Below are positions 62,470-64,000 of a stretch of DNA of 64,000 nucleotides, in pieces; the first letter of the stretch is position 1, and every line of letters starts with the position of its first letter. Both the position numbers and the translations under genes were made by a program. This DNA comes from Octopus bimaculoides (Eukaryota): contig NC_068993.1 in NCBI RefSeq assembly GCF_001194135.2, positions 55,450,761-55,514,760 of the forward strand, in the 5' to 3' direction. A model generated the notes under the pieces. That model was given only the letters and a program-made list of their open reading frames with translations, had not been told where the DNA came from and ran no database searches.

Positions 62470-64000
62470 TGTGCGTGTGCGTGTTAGGAATGTTTAATTC
62501 GACTCTATCTGGTTTACCCTGCTCTTGTGTTATTGTTAAAACATCGGCGCTGGTCTTTCTGTAAAACAGCAGTCGTGAGAATTCCATTGCATTTTGGAAT
62601 ATTTGCTTTCCTATTGCTTGTTTTTGATGAGAGAGAGGGAATACTTGTTCTGTTATAAATTATCGAATTACTTTGGCTGATTCTGATGGAGCTCGGGAAG
62701 CTGATATTTTAAACAACAATGCTGTGTGTATGCCTGCATGTATGTATGTATGTATATGCCTGTGTATATTTATGTGTGTGTGTTGGTTTTTGTATAGGTG
62801 GGTGGGGTGGCGGTTGAAAGGTGTTTGTTATTTCTCTTTTGCTCCCGCACACAAAGACAACATGTACACTCTCGCAGAACGAACGTACACTATTCAGTTT
62901 GTATACAATGTCAACATTGGGGCTTCTTTGTTTTGCGGCGACTCTGCACAATGTGTGATTGATGGAACGGAATGACGGCACCGATCTTTTGTGTGAAGGA
63001 AACTAACACAAAAATTAAATGTATGAGAAGAGGGAGCTGGTGTTTAAAATGCAGAAGAATACAAGTGGGGATATGAATAATAGCTCGCCAGTGGTATTAA
63101 TTAAGCAAGTCTGTTCCTTAACTTATCACCGCCACCCTCTTTCCCTTGTATTCTTTTCCTGTTAAAAATCAGACAAGAACTGCACAAGAATGTTTTTATC
63201 TTTAATAAGGGCCAATACAAAGTACGTTTTGTTGACTGTTATTAACTAAACCCTTCGTTCTTCAACAACAATAGGGAGCTCTATGTGGTCGCTCGACCTG
63301 CTAGAAATAGTTGTCAAATCTCTCTGAAACCCTTATAGATCATTAATCCGGTTAGTTACCATCTATTCCAGTAGTTTTTACACACACACACACATACACT
63401 CCAGCTAACCGATTGCCCTCCCTGTTTCTTCAATCTTTAGGAATCCTTGATTTCTTGTGGAGTCTTACTATATCCTGTTGTAGTTATAAAGAACCGCATA
63501 TTCTTATGGTTTGACGATACATTGAAGATATTATTTGGGGTATAATCTAGGAGTTGTTTAGCTCCACGTCAACGCTGGCCGAGTAAACCTCTGATCTGAT
63601 GCGTTCCAATCGTGGTCTGTTTTCTACCGAGTCGAGTAACCCCGTATAAATTGCTTCCTCATTCACTGGTGTATTGTATCGTTGTGTGATGTAGTACGGT
63701 GTTGTTTAATTAGTCCCAGATCGTTACCAATCCATCAGAGCTATGCTTAAAGGCATTCCAATCATGACCAACCAACCGTTCTATTCAAATAGTATTTAAG
63801 ATTTGTTTTTAAGACAGTTTGAGATTTTGCTGCTGTTTCCTACAGGCCAGGTTGACCCATGTCGCTTCGTGGTATCCAGCCTAGTAAATATTCGTGGTTC
63901 TTATCAATGAAGCGTTATATAGCATTGTACTGCACATGACATTGTCTCTGTTTATGGTTTATATAGCTGGGTCTAGTTTGGAGCTACGGCTTTTTTTCAG

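Noticed and set aside
62673-62975. ORF MADSDGAREAD as a MIER exon
   Set aside because: Starts at a non-ATG codon, runs into TG/TA repeats, and has no MIER motif.

Overview
Eukaryotic, repeat-rich draft-assembly DNA with many N gaps. The SINE/microsatellite content looks like an octopus/cephalopod genome (inference). The main feature is a minus-strand, 23-exon gene, 30467-58738, for an axonemal inner-arm dynein intermediate chain (DNAI4/WDR78). I spliced it by hand: all junctions are GT-AG, all phases close, and it gives 2292 nt = 763 aa + stop. About 460 bp from its ATG, on the + strand, are two tiny exons reading MAEGN|LGGSDSSSP, which resemble the N-terminus and exon layout of vertebrate MIER1/MIER3. 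The human DNAI4-MIER1 head-to-head pair therefore appears to be conserved in a mollusc, sharing a promoter with X-box-like, CCAAT and YY1 motifs. The first 30 kb has no firmly identifiable protein gene. It holds TE remnants (Helitron, RTE LINE, hAT/Tigger/piggyBac MITEs, tRNA-derived SINEs), a perfect 41-bp palindrome, a possible mitochondrial control-region insert, and scattered signals of a possible + strand transcription unit. Most ORFs in the supplied track are microsatellite, N-gap or TE artefacts. No CRISPR array, rRNA or genuine tRNA gene was seen.
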